Of a stretch of 24,559 nt of DNA, positions 1 through 6,580 are shown one piece after another. The DNA lies in IMG/VR virus record IMGVR_UViG_3300025880_000109, positions 1-24,559 of that record. One strand, 5' to 3'. A program made the translations under genes and the position numbers. The notes under the pieces were generated by a model. It searched no databases and was not told where the DNA came from. It saw nothing but the letters and a program-made list of their open reading frames with translations. Each line of letters begins with the position of its first letter. The stretch's first letter is position 1. The DNA is from a virus (lineage: Duplodnaviria > Caudoviricetes).

Positions 1-185
1 CCACTTACGTATTCGACATACTCGTCGAACGTCATCACATTACTGTGTGCGTGTATACGTTTCATATATTTGTTGTGTTCGCGATGATCTTGTTGCAGGC
101 GTTCTAATCTAGCCTGTGTCATCTTGGTGGGTTTACGCTTTTTTGTATTGAGCGTGGTCATGCCACGTACTAAACTCATTGTCAT
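1..185 (-). CDS. Hypothetical basic phage protein, runs off the window edge (MTMSLVRGMTTLNTKKRKPTKM...)
   Basis: Not in the ORF track. ATG at 185, frame open to position 1, sigma70-type promoter just upstream. Confidence 0.75.
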   Translation of the reverse strand, partial: MTMSLVRGMTTLNTKKRKPTKMTQARLERLQQDHREHNKYMKRIHAHSNVMTFDEYVEYVS

Positions 186-216
186 ATCTGCGCCTATCTG
201 TTGCCTTATTATGTTT

Positions 217-261
217 ATATAATAGCACGGACAGGCGCAAATGTCAAGTTATTTTGGTAAA
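217..261 (-). promoter_or_regulatory. Sigma70-type early promoter with upstream TTTACCAAAA element
   Basis: Minus strand TTGACA (247-242), 17-nt spacer, TGc-TATTAT (224-219, extended -10). Confidence 0.75.
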
Positions 262-280
262 AGACCAAAAAAGAATTGTA

Positions 281-544
281 TTATACTACTCTTCTTTTCA
301 TAATCTTGTATGTAGACTCTGGTCTACCTACTGAATCGTTTGAGTTAGTTTCTACTACTCTTACGTCGAAACCTGCTTCTCTTAATTCAGTTAATCTTGC
401 ACCTGGTGACATAATTGCTAAGTCATCAGTTAGATCTTCAGTTGTAAACGATTTACCGTTACCCCAGTAGTTTGCTAAGATTTGTTGGTTTTGAGTTCCT
501 TCGTTAAAGAACTTAGTACCTTTTGCTTTAGTTGTATTTGACAT
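281..544 (-). CDS. Winged helix-turn-helix DNA-binding protein (putative)
   Basis: Start moved to MSNTTK (ATG 544) because of an AAGGAG RBS. Pattern QILANY..GKSFT..DL......SPGARLTELREAGFDV...GRP..TYK fits a wHTH. Confidence 0.6.
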   Translation of the reverse strand: MSNTTKAKGTKFFNEGTQNQQILANYWGNGKSFTTEDLTDDLAIMSPGARLTELREAGFDVRVVETNSNDSVGRPESTYKIMKRRVV

Positions 545-590
545 AATGTTACTCCTTATTATTTTTATTATTTTAGTTAACATATTAAGA

Positions 591-635
591 ATATAATAAC
601 ATAATAAAGCGCAAACGTCAACCTTTTTTGGTAAA
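591..635 (-). promoter_or_regulatory. Sigma70-type early promoter, near-copy of 217-261
   Basis: TTGACG (621-616), N17, TGt-TATTAT (598-593). 34/45 nt identical to 217-261 by manual alignment. Confidence 0.75.
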
Positions 636-663
636 CTAGTAATTTTCCGCGTATTTTAGCGGT

Positions 664-1131
664 TTATTTACTCATTAATGCCACAGCCGCATCGTATTCA
701 TCACGGGCAACAACACCTTCACGTAGCAATTTCTCTCTATTTGCCATGTGTTTCATTTCAATTTCGTCTTTAGATCCGCCAAAGTATGCTACAGCATGAC
801 CTTCTTCAATAAGAATATCAGTAGCACGTTTTTCGTCAATAAGGAAGTCTCCGAGTATTCTTCCAAACTTACCTTTTTTATCTTCACCACTTCTATCAAT
901 CTCTGTTTTAAGAACTTGCATTGACCCAATTGGTAATAAGTCTTTAAGTCTATCTTTACTTGCGAGTCCAAAAGTCTTTTCTACTTTATCTCTTGTTCTA
1001 GATTCTGGTGTGTCTATGCCCATCATTCGAACACGTTCTTTGTGCATCCAAACACCAAAGCCTAGATCTATATCTACATCAACAGTATCACCGTCAACGA
1101 CCCTTAGGATTTTACATTTATATTCGTACAT
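664..1131 (-). CDS. Staphylococcal nuclease (SNase/thermonuclease)-like protein
   Basis: RVVDGDTVD, RVRMMGIDTPES, GKFGRILG and LIEEGHA motifs. GGGAG RBS. Confidence 0.9.
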   Translation of the reverse strand: MYEYKCKILRVVDGDTVDVDIDLGFGVWMHKERVRMMGIDTPESRTRDKVEKTFGLASKDRLKDLLPIGSMQVLKTEIDRSGEDKKGKFGRILGDFLIDEKRATDILIEEGHAVAYFGGSKDEIEMKHMANREKLLREGVVARDEYDAAVALMSK

Positions 1132-1304
1132 TATTCACTCCCTCACTTTATGTATTTTTTTAATAATAGGTAAGCGGCATAACATACAAACAAATATACT
1201 GTTGCTACTCCTACATCTATTAAATGTTCTCGCATATGATATATAAATTCTATACCTGCTTGAACATCACCCTCGGTTACTTTTTGTTCCATTATTCACT
1301 CCCT
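1129..1304. repeat. Exact 15-nt direct repeat (cattattcactccct) at 1129-1143 and 1290-1304
   Basis: Reads AGGGAGTGAATAATG on minus, i.e. identical RBS plus start codon for two consecutive genes. Confidence 0.85.
1143..1292 (-). CDS. 49-aa single-TM membrane protein (MEQKVTEGDVQAGIEFIYHMREHLIDVGVATVYLFVCYAAYLLLKKYIK)
   Basis: Below ORF-track cutoff. GGGAG RBS, TAATG overlap with the upstream gene, fills the gap exactly, hydrophobic C-terminal helix with basic tail. Confidence 0.75.
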   Translation of the reverse strand: MEQKVTEGDVQAGIEFIYHMREHLIDVGVATVYLFVCYAAYLLLKKYIK

Positions 1305-1486
1305 ACCATTTCAAATAATGCAGGACCAAAACTACTTGCGGCCCAACCTAGTGCTACGATAGTAATCACTCCATAGATTAACCATTTAATCTTAAAGTCA
1401 TCTACAGTCATCTTTAGTGCTACTAGTTCGTTGCCTAAGATGCGTACTGCTACTTCCATCTTACCTGTGTTGTCTTCTTTTGACAT
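1292..1486 (-). CDS. Small single-TM membrane protein
   Basis: Abuts the upstream stop. Hydrophobic segment WLIYGVITIVALGWAA. Confidence 0.7.
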   Translation of the reverse strand: MSKEDNTGKMEVAVRILGNELVALKMTVDDFKIKWLIYGVITIVALGWAASSFGPALFEMVGSE

Positions 1487-1630
1487 CTACTTCCCCTGTC
1501 CTTTATATTTTTTATAACTTCTTTTTTTACTCTTATTCATAGAAGAAAACTTTGTTCTACTGTGGTTTCTTCCTTGACTTGTCTTTTTTGGTTGTGTTTC
1601 GTGTGCTTCATAATACTTGTGTAATTTCAT
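1487..1630 (-). CDS. 47-aa highly basic protein ending ...KKYKGQGK
   Basis: Below ORF-track cutoff. AAGGAGG RBS, TAAATA element upstream. KKTSQG...KKYKGQG resembles small basic proteins I recall from marine T4-like phages. Confidence 0.75.
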   Translation of the reverse strand: MKLHKYYEAHETQPKKTSQGRNHSRTKFSSMNKSKKRSYKKYKGQGK

Positions 1631-1651
1631 AACCCTCCTTGGTTATGTACG

Positions 1652-1657
1652 TATTTA
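1652..1657 (-). promoter_or_regulatory. T4-late-like promoter core TAAATA
   Basis: AATAAATAC between the porin terminator and the RBS of the 1630 gene. Confidence 0.55.
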
Positions 1658-1672
1658 TTATTTTTAAGCCAT

Positions 1673-1705
1673 AAAAAAAGGCCGCACAAGGCGACCCTTT
1701 TCTTT
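1673..1705 (-). terminator. Rho-independent terminator of the porin gene
   Basis: Minus strand AAAAGGGTCGC-CTTGT-GCGGCCTTTTT followed by a T run. Confidence 0.85.
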
Positions 1706-1719
1706 AGTATAAGTTTGAC

Positions 1720-2535
1720 TTAGAAACTAAATGACATACCTGCCATTGGTGACCAATCTTCTGCGTCTGTGTCATAATCAACACCTGCACTTAATTCTAC
1801 ACCTGACCAGTTGTACACATACTCGCCGCCGATGTGCTGTAGACTATTGTCTTCATCGCCGTTTACATATGCTGTAATACCGTTTGATGCTAAAGTTCCT
1901 TCATATGCAAAATGCTCTGCATCTATATCATATGTCATCATACCGCCTGCTGTTGCAACACCTAAGTCTACATTACCGATTTCACCACCCCATACATAGT
2001 TTTCACTTGTACGGTTGTAGTCTACTGATGCTGTTACATCTGCAATATCTGTACCAAATGTGTATGCACCTTGTAGGTTGCTTACTTCTGATACATCAGT
2101 TGTCCAGTTAGATAAACCTAATGCTACACTTGCGCCGCCCATTGTTACTTGCAATGACTCAGTCATTGCTGGAGTTGCTAGTGTGCCGTTTGCTACTGCA
2201 TCTGCTGTTGTGCCTGGCATTAGATCATTGTCATCACCAAATGCTAAACCAAACGCACCTACTGTAGTTCCTACAGTCCATGTGTCTAAGGTTATTGCTG
2301 AACCATCTGTTGCTTTAAAGTCTAGGTCAACTGTTGCAATGTCTCCAGCATCAAAATCTAATTCGATACCCATTGTGCCTGCAGTTTTACCTGCGGCTGT
2401 TTCAGCAAAGTCCAAGTTTACAGCACCTGTCATAATTGGTGCTACTGTTGGTAATTCTGCTGTTGCTTCTGCGTTTGCTAATGTCGCTGATGAAAGCGCC
2501 AAAAGACCCGCTGTGGCGATTGTTATAATTCGCAT
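1720..2535 (-). CDS. Outer-membrane beta-barrel porin, alphaproteobacterial-like
   Basis: Sec signal peptide (MRIITIATAGLLALSSATLANA), acidic Gly/Thr/aromatic alternating strands, C-terminal ...AGMSFSF BAM signal, AAGGA RBS. Confidence 0.8.
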   Translation of the reverse strand: MRIITIATAGLLALSSATLANAEATAELPTVAPIMTGAVNLDFAETAAGKTAGTMGIELDFDAGDIATVDLDFKATDGSAITLDTWTVGTTVGAFGLAFGDDNDLMPGTTADAVANGTLATPAMTESLQVTMGGASVALGLSNWTTDVSEVSNLQGAYTFGTDIADVTASVDYNRTSENYVWGGEIGNVDLGVATAGGMMTYDIDAEHFAYEGTLASNGITAYVNGDEDNSLQHIGGEYVYNWSGVELSAGVDYDTDAEDWSPMAGMSFSF

Positions 2536-2644
2536 ATTTTTCTTCCTTAAATTTTATAAAATTAAGAGTGCTATCCCGGTTAGTATGCACTCCGTATATT
2601 ACTTATCTACAAACCAACGAACCTACGCCAGTCTGGTACTTTAT

Positions 2645-2678
2645 AAGAAAAGAGTGTTACAATTAAGCAACACTCTTT
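2645..2678 (-). terminator. Intrinsic terminator downstream of tmRNA
   Basis: Minus strand AAAGAGTGTTGC-TTAATT-GTAACACTCTTT followed by TCTT. Confidence 0.75.
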
Positions 2679-2681
2679 AAT

Positions 2682-2934
2682 GCTATGTTTGGTAACAAGG
2701 CCTAACTACCCCGTAACAGCCTTAGGCCGCTAATGCCATTTCTGGCGCATAATTGTCGTTTGCAATTATAAAGTTTGACCAATAACGCAGTCATCCGGTA
2801 AACTCCACTTCACTACAACACCAGTCGATCCTATTTCGACCCCATCATAAGCACACTCAGTAAATGTGTTTATGGTGGAGTCGTCGGGTACTGCCCCCGA
2901 GTCCTGTATGTGTTCACGTTGCTTCAACGTCTAC
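2682..2934 (-). ncRNA. ssrA: Circularly permuted (two-piece) tmRNA
   Basis: Acceptor piece comes first: T-arm UCGGG-GGCAGUA-CCCGA, then CGACUCC-ACCA (ends 2873). An intervening hairpin spans 2872-2844. The coding piece starts GGGGUCG at 2843. Acceptor stem has G3.U70. Outer ends are approximate. Confidence 0.95.
2722..2763 (-). other. tmRNA tag reading frame ANDNYAPEMALAA*
   Basis: GCA AAC GAC AAT TAT GCG CCA GAA ATG GCA TTA GCG GCC TAA. ANDN start and ALAA C-terminal degron. Confidence 0.95.
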
Positions 2935-2938
2935 ATAT

Positions 2939-2969
2939 TATTTATACAGTCAAACGGTATTCTTGTCAA
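2939..2969 (-). promoter_or_regulatory. tmRNA promoter, sigma70 -35 plus a -10 that is also the full T4 late consensus
   Basis: TTGACA (2969-2964), N17, TATAAATA (2946-2939). Confidence 0.8.
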
Positions 2970-2996
2970 CCATTATTATACTAAATATCTCCAATT

Positions 2997-3359
2997 ATGT
3001 TACAACATAAACATTTGATAGTTAGAGCAGAAGTAAGTAACCCTCCAAGGTACGAGCAAACAATTATCGATTGGTCAACTAATCTAATCCGCGACATTGG
3101 TATGAAAATAATGATGGGACCGTTTGCAAAGTACTGTGAAATGAAGGGTAACCGAGGACTAACTTGTGTTACTATTATTGAAACTAGTCATGTTGCAATA
3201 CATGTATGGGACGAAGGTGCCCCTTGTTTAGTACAACTTGATGTATATACTTGTGGTGATTTAAATAAGCAAATAATTTTTGATGCTTTAGAAAAGTTTG
3301 ATCCAGTCAAAATTGATTACAAATATCTTGACAGAGAAAAAGAGTTTATAGAACTTTAG
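2997..3359 (+). CDS. Pyruvoyl-dependent decarboxylase, S-adenosylmethionine decarboxylase (SpeD/SpeH) family
   Basis: KHLIV start, GLTCVTIIETSHVAIHVWDE and QLDVYTCG motifs. Substrate uncertain, so no symbol given. Confidence 0.85.
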   Translation: MLQHKHLIVRAEVSNPPRYEQTIIDWSTNLIRDIGMKIMMGPFAKYCEMKGNRGLTCVTIIETSHVAIHVWDEGAPCLVQLDVYTCGDLNKQIIFDALEKFDPVKIDYKYLDREKEFIEL

Positions 3360-3621
3360 AAACCGGCTTTGTTACTTCTGAATATTTTATAGCAAACAAT
3401 GTGCCCTCCTTATGATCGTCGACATCTACATAAATGTCACAACGACAATACGTATCTCCTGGTAGGGTTTGACTGTTACTTCTAATGTATTTTAATTTGA
3501 AACCGTCTTGGTTACATTGCTTCCACAAGTCTTGTCCTAGTTCACGCATAACCCACATGTTTTCCATTTTAGTCTTTGCGTGGGACCATTTATATTCACA
3601 CTGTCCAATAAAAAATCTCAT
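3346..3621 (-). CDS. Hypothetical protein
   Basis: Abuts the upstream gene, GGTGG RBS-like sequence, converges on the SpeD-like gene. Confidence 0.65.
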   Translation of the reverse strand: MRFFIGQCEYKWSHAKTKMENMWVMRELGQDLWKQCNQDGFKLKYIRSNSQTLPGDTYCRCDIYVDVDDHKEGTLFAIKYSEVTKPVSKVL

Positions 3622-3861
3622 TTATCCACCAGGCACAAATTTGTCTTTAGGTGTATACCAAACTTTTTGATCATGCAATCTGCCTAATAAGTTTTGTATT
3701 TCATGCATTTCTTCTTTTAACTTATCAGATGTTTCACCATTAGCAATGGCTAGACCTCTACGACCTGCTTTTGCTCTTAAGGCTTGTTCGATAATCTCGA
3801 TATCTCTTATTGTAAGTTTAAACTGTGTATTTGCTTTTGGCATTTTAATAAGTTCTTTCAT
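3622..3861 (-). CDS. Hypothetical helical protein (start may be ATG 3843)
   Basis: ORF in a tightly packed operon. Confidence 0.65.
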   Translation of the reverse strand: MKELIKMPKANTQFKLTIRDIEIIEQALRAKAGRRGLAIANGETSDKLKEEMHEIQNLLGRLHDQKVWYTPKDKFVPGG

Positions 3862-4438
3862 ATAAATATTTCAGACGCCAGTTTGGAACTGCTTCTTGAC
3901 TCATAAATTCGTAATTACTTAAATGGTTAAAATCAACATATGTTTGATTGGCATATTTTGTAGAATTTTTTGTTACTCTCACATCCTTTTTATCGTCTAG
4001 CCAGAACGGAATTCCTAAAGGCCTAGTCATTAAACAAACATCATATGCTACACCAAACATATAAACTTTATCAATCTCTTGCATATCATTTATTTCAGAT
4101 GGAATATGTGCAGTAAGTTTTTCTATACTCGGATGGTATAGTTTTTCATTTAGAATAATTGGACAAGTAGTTAGTTTTCGGCTGGTTCGTATCGGTTGTT
4201 TTATAAAATGCTCTTTAGCATACCATTGTTCTTTGTTAAGTATATTTTTTGTATTAGTGTAAAACACATTGTCTTGATATAATTCGTTTGGGTCTATATC
4301 ATACGAAGCAAGATAGACTCTATCTAATTTTAGTCTGTTTATTGAATCTATTATATTGTAATGATATGACTCTAAAGATGTAGATCTTTTACCTTCGCCA
4401 GGACTATAACAATCTATAATAACTGCAACATTTACCAT
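3845..4438 (-). CDS. Divergent isochorismatase/cysteine-hydrolase-fold protein (putative)
   Basis: N-terminal AVIID (D9) and DKVYMFGVAYDVC (C135) match the family's catalytic Asp and Cys motifs. Confidence 0.55.
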   Translation of the reverse strand: MVNVAVIIDCYSPGEGKRSTSLESYHYNIIDSINRLKLDRVYLASYDIDPNELYQDNVFYTNTKNILNKEQWYAKEHFIKQPIRTSRKLTTCPIILNEKLYHPSIEKLTAHIPSEINDMQEIDKVYMFGVAYDVCLMTRPLGIPFWLDDKKDVRVTKNSTKYANQTYVDFNHLSNYEFMSQEAVPNWRLKYLYERTY

Positions 4439-4641
4439 ATTCTTAATACTTTACCATTGCCTGCTATGATCATAAAACATGTTACTAAATGTAATACAAT
4501 CCAAAAGGTACGAAAAGCCAGTGCCTTCTTTACATCTGATTGTGTAATAGGAAGGAATTCTGGCTTATCGTTGTCGTCTATGCCAATAGGCATGCCAACA
4601 GTTCTAGCCCATAATTTAAGCCAGCGCCGTTGACCGCTCAT
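4432..4641 (-). CDS. Small membrane protein
   Basis: TAATG coupling to the upstream gene. C-terminal TM helix FWIVLHLVTCFMIIAG. Confidence 0.7.
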   Translation of the reverse strand: MSGQRRWLKLWARTVGMPIGIDDNDKPEFLPITQSDVKKALAFRTFWIVLHLVTCFMIIAGNGKVLRIW

Positions 4642-4817
4642 TACATTGCGTTCTTTTTGTCTTGAATTTCTGCTCTACGTGCCTTAGTAAGTTTGCCTAG
4701 GTCACCTAGTGCTTTTCTTGCTCTTGTTGCCGCGGCTTTAACACCTTTTTCATCAAAAGTCTCTGCTTCTGTTAAATAATTGTTAAACGCTTGTACAATC
4801 TGTTCGTGATTTGTCAT
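4641..4817 (-). CDS. 58-aa histone H1-like Hc1-family small protein (putative)
   Basis: Below ORF-track cutoff. MTNHEQIVQAFNNYLTEAETFDEKGVKAAATRARKALGDLGKLTKARRAEIQDKKNAM. AGGAG RBS and perfect promoter upstream. Confidence 0.75.
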   Translation of the reverse strand: MTNHEQIVQAFNNYLTEAETFDEKGVKAAATRARKALGDLGKLTKARRAEIQDKKNAM

Positions 4818-4840
4818 ATTTTTCTCCTATTTAAATGTTT

Positions 4841-4869
4841 ATTATATATTACTTCTTAGTAGTTGTCAA
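4841..4869 (-). promoter_or_regulatory. Perfect-consensus sigma70 promoter
   Basis: TTGACA (4869-4864), N17, TATAAT (4846-4841). Confidence 0.9.
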
Positions 4870-4872
4870 CCA

Positions 4873-5163
4873 CTATTGTAGTGCAATGCCAGTAGTACGT
4901 TCAACATACTGTGAGGCAATGCCCTTTTCAGTTTTTGCTATACATGCAACGGATGTTGATGTAAGATTAAATTTGCCATCTGGTGATACACTAAACATGA
5001 AAGGTGCTAGACCTAGTCCTTGTTGTTGTGCAATAATTACCATAGGCTTGTTAAGGATATAAGATTTGTCAGTCTCTGAATCGAGTCTGGCAACAATCTC
5101 TTCTCCGCTACTTAGTTTAAAAGATACGGTATCACCGACCTTGTATGGGGCTTCTATTAACAT
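4873..5163 (-). CDS. Sm-like/SH3-type beta-barrel protein of T4-like phages (putative)
   Basis: VSFKLSSGEEIVA...ILNKPM...LAPF pattern. Confidence 0.6.
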   Translation of the reverse strand: MLIEAPYKVGDTVSFKLSSGEEIVARLDSETDKSYILNKPMVIIAQQQGLGLAPFMFSVSPDGKFNLTSTSVACIAKTEKGIASQYVERTTGIALQ

Positions 5164-5166
5164 ATA

Positions 5167-5421
5167 TTATCCGTGGCCTGTTCCGTTGAAGTTTGTGTCT
5201 TCGATATATTTTACAAACTGTTCGTATCCGCCAACTGATTTGCCGTATACTTTTATTTGTGGGAATGTCTTTGCTTCTGGAAATTCTGCAAAGACTGCTT
5301 CTCTATCAAAGTCTTTTCCAAGTTCTTTATATTCAAACTTGAATTGTCTTGATTCGCATAATGCTTTCGCTTTCATGCATGAAGGGCAAGCAGGCTTACC
5401 CCAGATCTCTATAGTCGTCAT
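5167..5421 (-). CDS. grx: Glutaredoxin (RNR reductant)
   Basis: CPSC active site, TFPQI and VGGY motifs, ATGA overlap with nrdB. Confidence 0.92.
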   Translation of the reverse strand: MTTIEIWGKPACPSCMKAKALCESRQFKFEYKELGKDFDREAVFAEFPEAKTFPQIKVYGKSVGGYEQFVKYIEDTNFNGTGHG

Positions 5422-6521
5422 AAACTAAATCCTTTTAGTGCATCCGAGTCCACATCTTGTTTAATTCCACCAATGATGTATGATTCAACTTCAGTCTCCT
5501 GAGGTGCAACTTGCAATCCAGATGAACTTAGCCAATGTTGTGTCCAAGGTAACGGGTTAGTATTCACTGGAGCATCAAAAATTGTATCAAAGCCCAGTGC
5601 CTTAAGTCGACGGTTTGCAATGTATTCTACATACTGATTAAGTAGTGTGGTATTTAAACCAATCATACTGCCGTCTTTGAATAAGTATTCAGCCCAATCT
5701 TTTTCTTCTGCAACACACTCGCGCCATAATTCATACACTTCTTGTTTACACTCTTTAGCAATCTTAGCCATCTCAGGATCGTCTTTGCCGCTTGCCCACA
5801 ACTTTAATATGTGTGTGCTGAGTGCCAAATGTTGTGCTTCATCTCTAGCAATAAGTGAAATAATCTTTGCACTACCTTCCATTAGTTTTAATTCTCCAAA
5901 ACCAAATGTACAAGCAAACGATACATAAAAACGTAAACCTTCTAATATGTTTACAGTCATCATTGCAAGATAAAGTTTTTTCTTAACTTCATGCATGTTA
6001 CCTTCGCCGCGATGTTGAAACGCATCTACTGCATCATTGAATGCATCGTAATGTTTAGTAACACTTGTTGCTCTATCAATAATCTTTTCATCATCTAAGA
6101 TAGTATCAAATACTTCTGCTGGATCTGCATAAACATTTTTCATAATATGTGTATAACTACGACTATGAATTGTTTCGAAAAAGTCCCAAGTAACAATACA
6201 TCCTTCTAGTTCAGGTAGTGATACATGTGGCAAAAATGCTAAACATGGACCACGTCCTTGTACACTATCAAGAAGTGTTTGATACTTTAGGTTAGCAGTA
6301 AAAATATGTTTCTGCTCTGGACGAAACTGTGCAAAGTCTGCTCTATCCTTTTGTAGACTTACTTCCTCAGGTCTCCAAAAATAACCTAACATAGTTTGAT
6401 TAAGTTTATCAAACACAGGGAAACGAAACGTATCGTAACGCTGTGTATTTTGGTCTGCTCCAAAAAACATATTCTGTTTTGTGAAGTCTACTTTTTCTTT
6501 GTTAAAGACAGTCTTTGCCAT
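5418..6521 (-). CDS. nrdB: Ribonucleotide reductase class Ia beta subunit
   Basis: FWRPEEV, LLDSVQ, ETIHSRSY (radical Tyr), LEGLRFYVSF, RDEAQH and VAPQETE motifs. Confidence 0.97.
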   Translation of the reverse strand: MAKTVFNKEKVDFTKQNMFFGADQNTQRYDTFRFPVFDKLNQTMLGYFWRPEEVSLQKDRADFAQFRPEQKHIFTANLKYQTLLDSVQGRGPCLAFLPHVSLPELEGCIVTWDFFETIHSRSYTHIMKNVYADPAEVFDTILDDEKIIDRATSVTKHYDAFNDAVDAFQHRGEGNMHEVKKKLYLAMMTVNILEGLRFYVSFACTFGFGELKLMEGSAKIISLIARDEAQHLALSTHILKLWASGKDDPEMAKIAKECKQEVYELWRECVAEEKDWAEYLFKDGSMIGLNTTLLNQYVEYIANRRLKALGFDTIFDAPVNTNPLPWTQHWLSSSGLQVAPQETEVESYIIGGIKQDVDSDALKGFSL

Positions 6522-6550
6522 TTCAATTCCTTACTTACTTCTTCTATATA

Positions 6551-6579
6551 ACTATACACTCTATTCAAATGCGTGTCAA
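6551..6579 (-). promoter_or_regulatory. Sigma70 promoter internal to the nrd locus, driving nrdB-grx
   Basis: TTGACA (6579-6574), N17, TATAGT (6556-6551). Confidence 0.75.
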
Positions 6580-6580
6580 C

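Noticed and set aside
2566-2592. CIRCE heat-shock operator
   Set aside because: Half-sites are in the opposite order to TTAGCACTC-N9-GAGTGCTAA and the spacing is wrong.
2060-2680. 206-aa plus-strand ORF (and 1811-1999, 1884-2111, 2402-2590)
   Set aside because: Shadows of the porin gene. No RBS, and they run into non-coding signals.
2873-2906. tRNA gene or attP site
   Set aside because: It is the acceptor piece of the permuted tmRNA. No anticodon arm and no integrase in the window.
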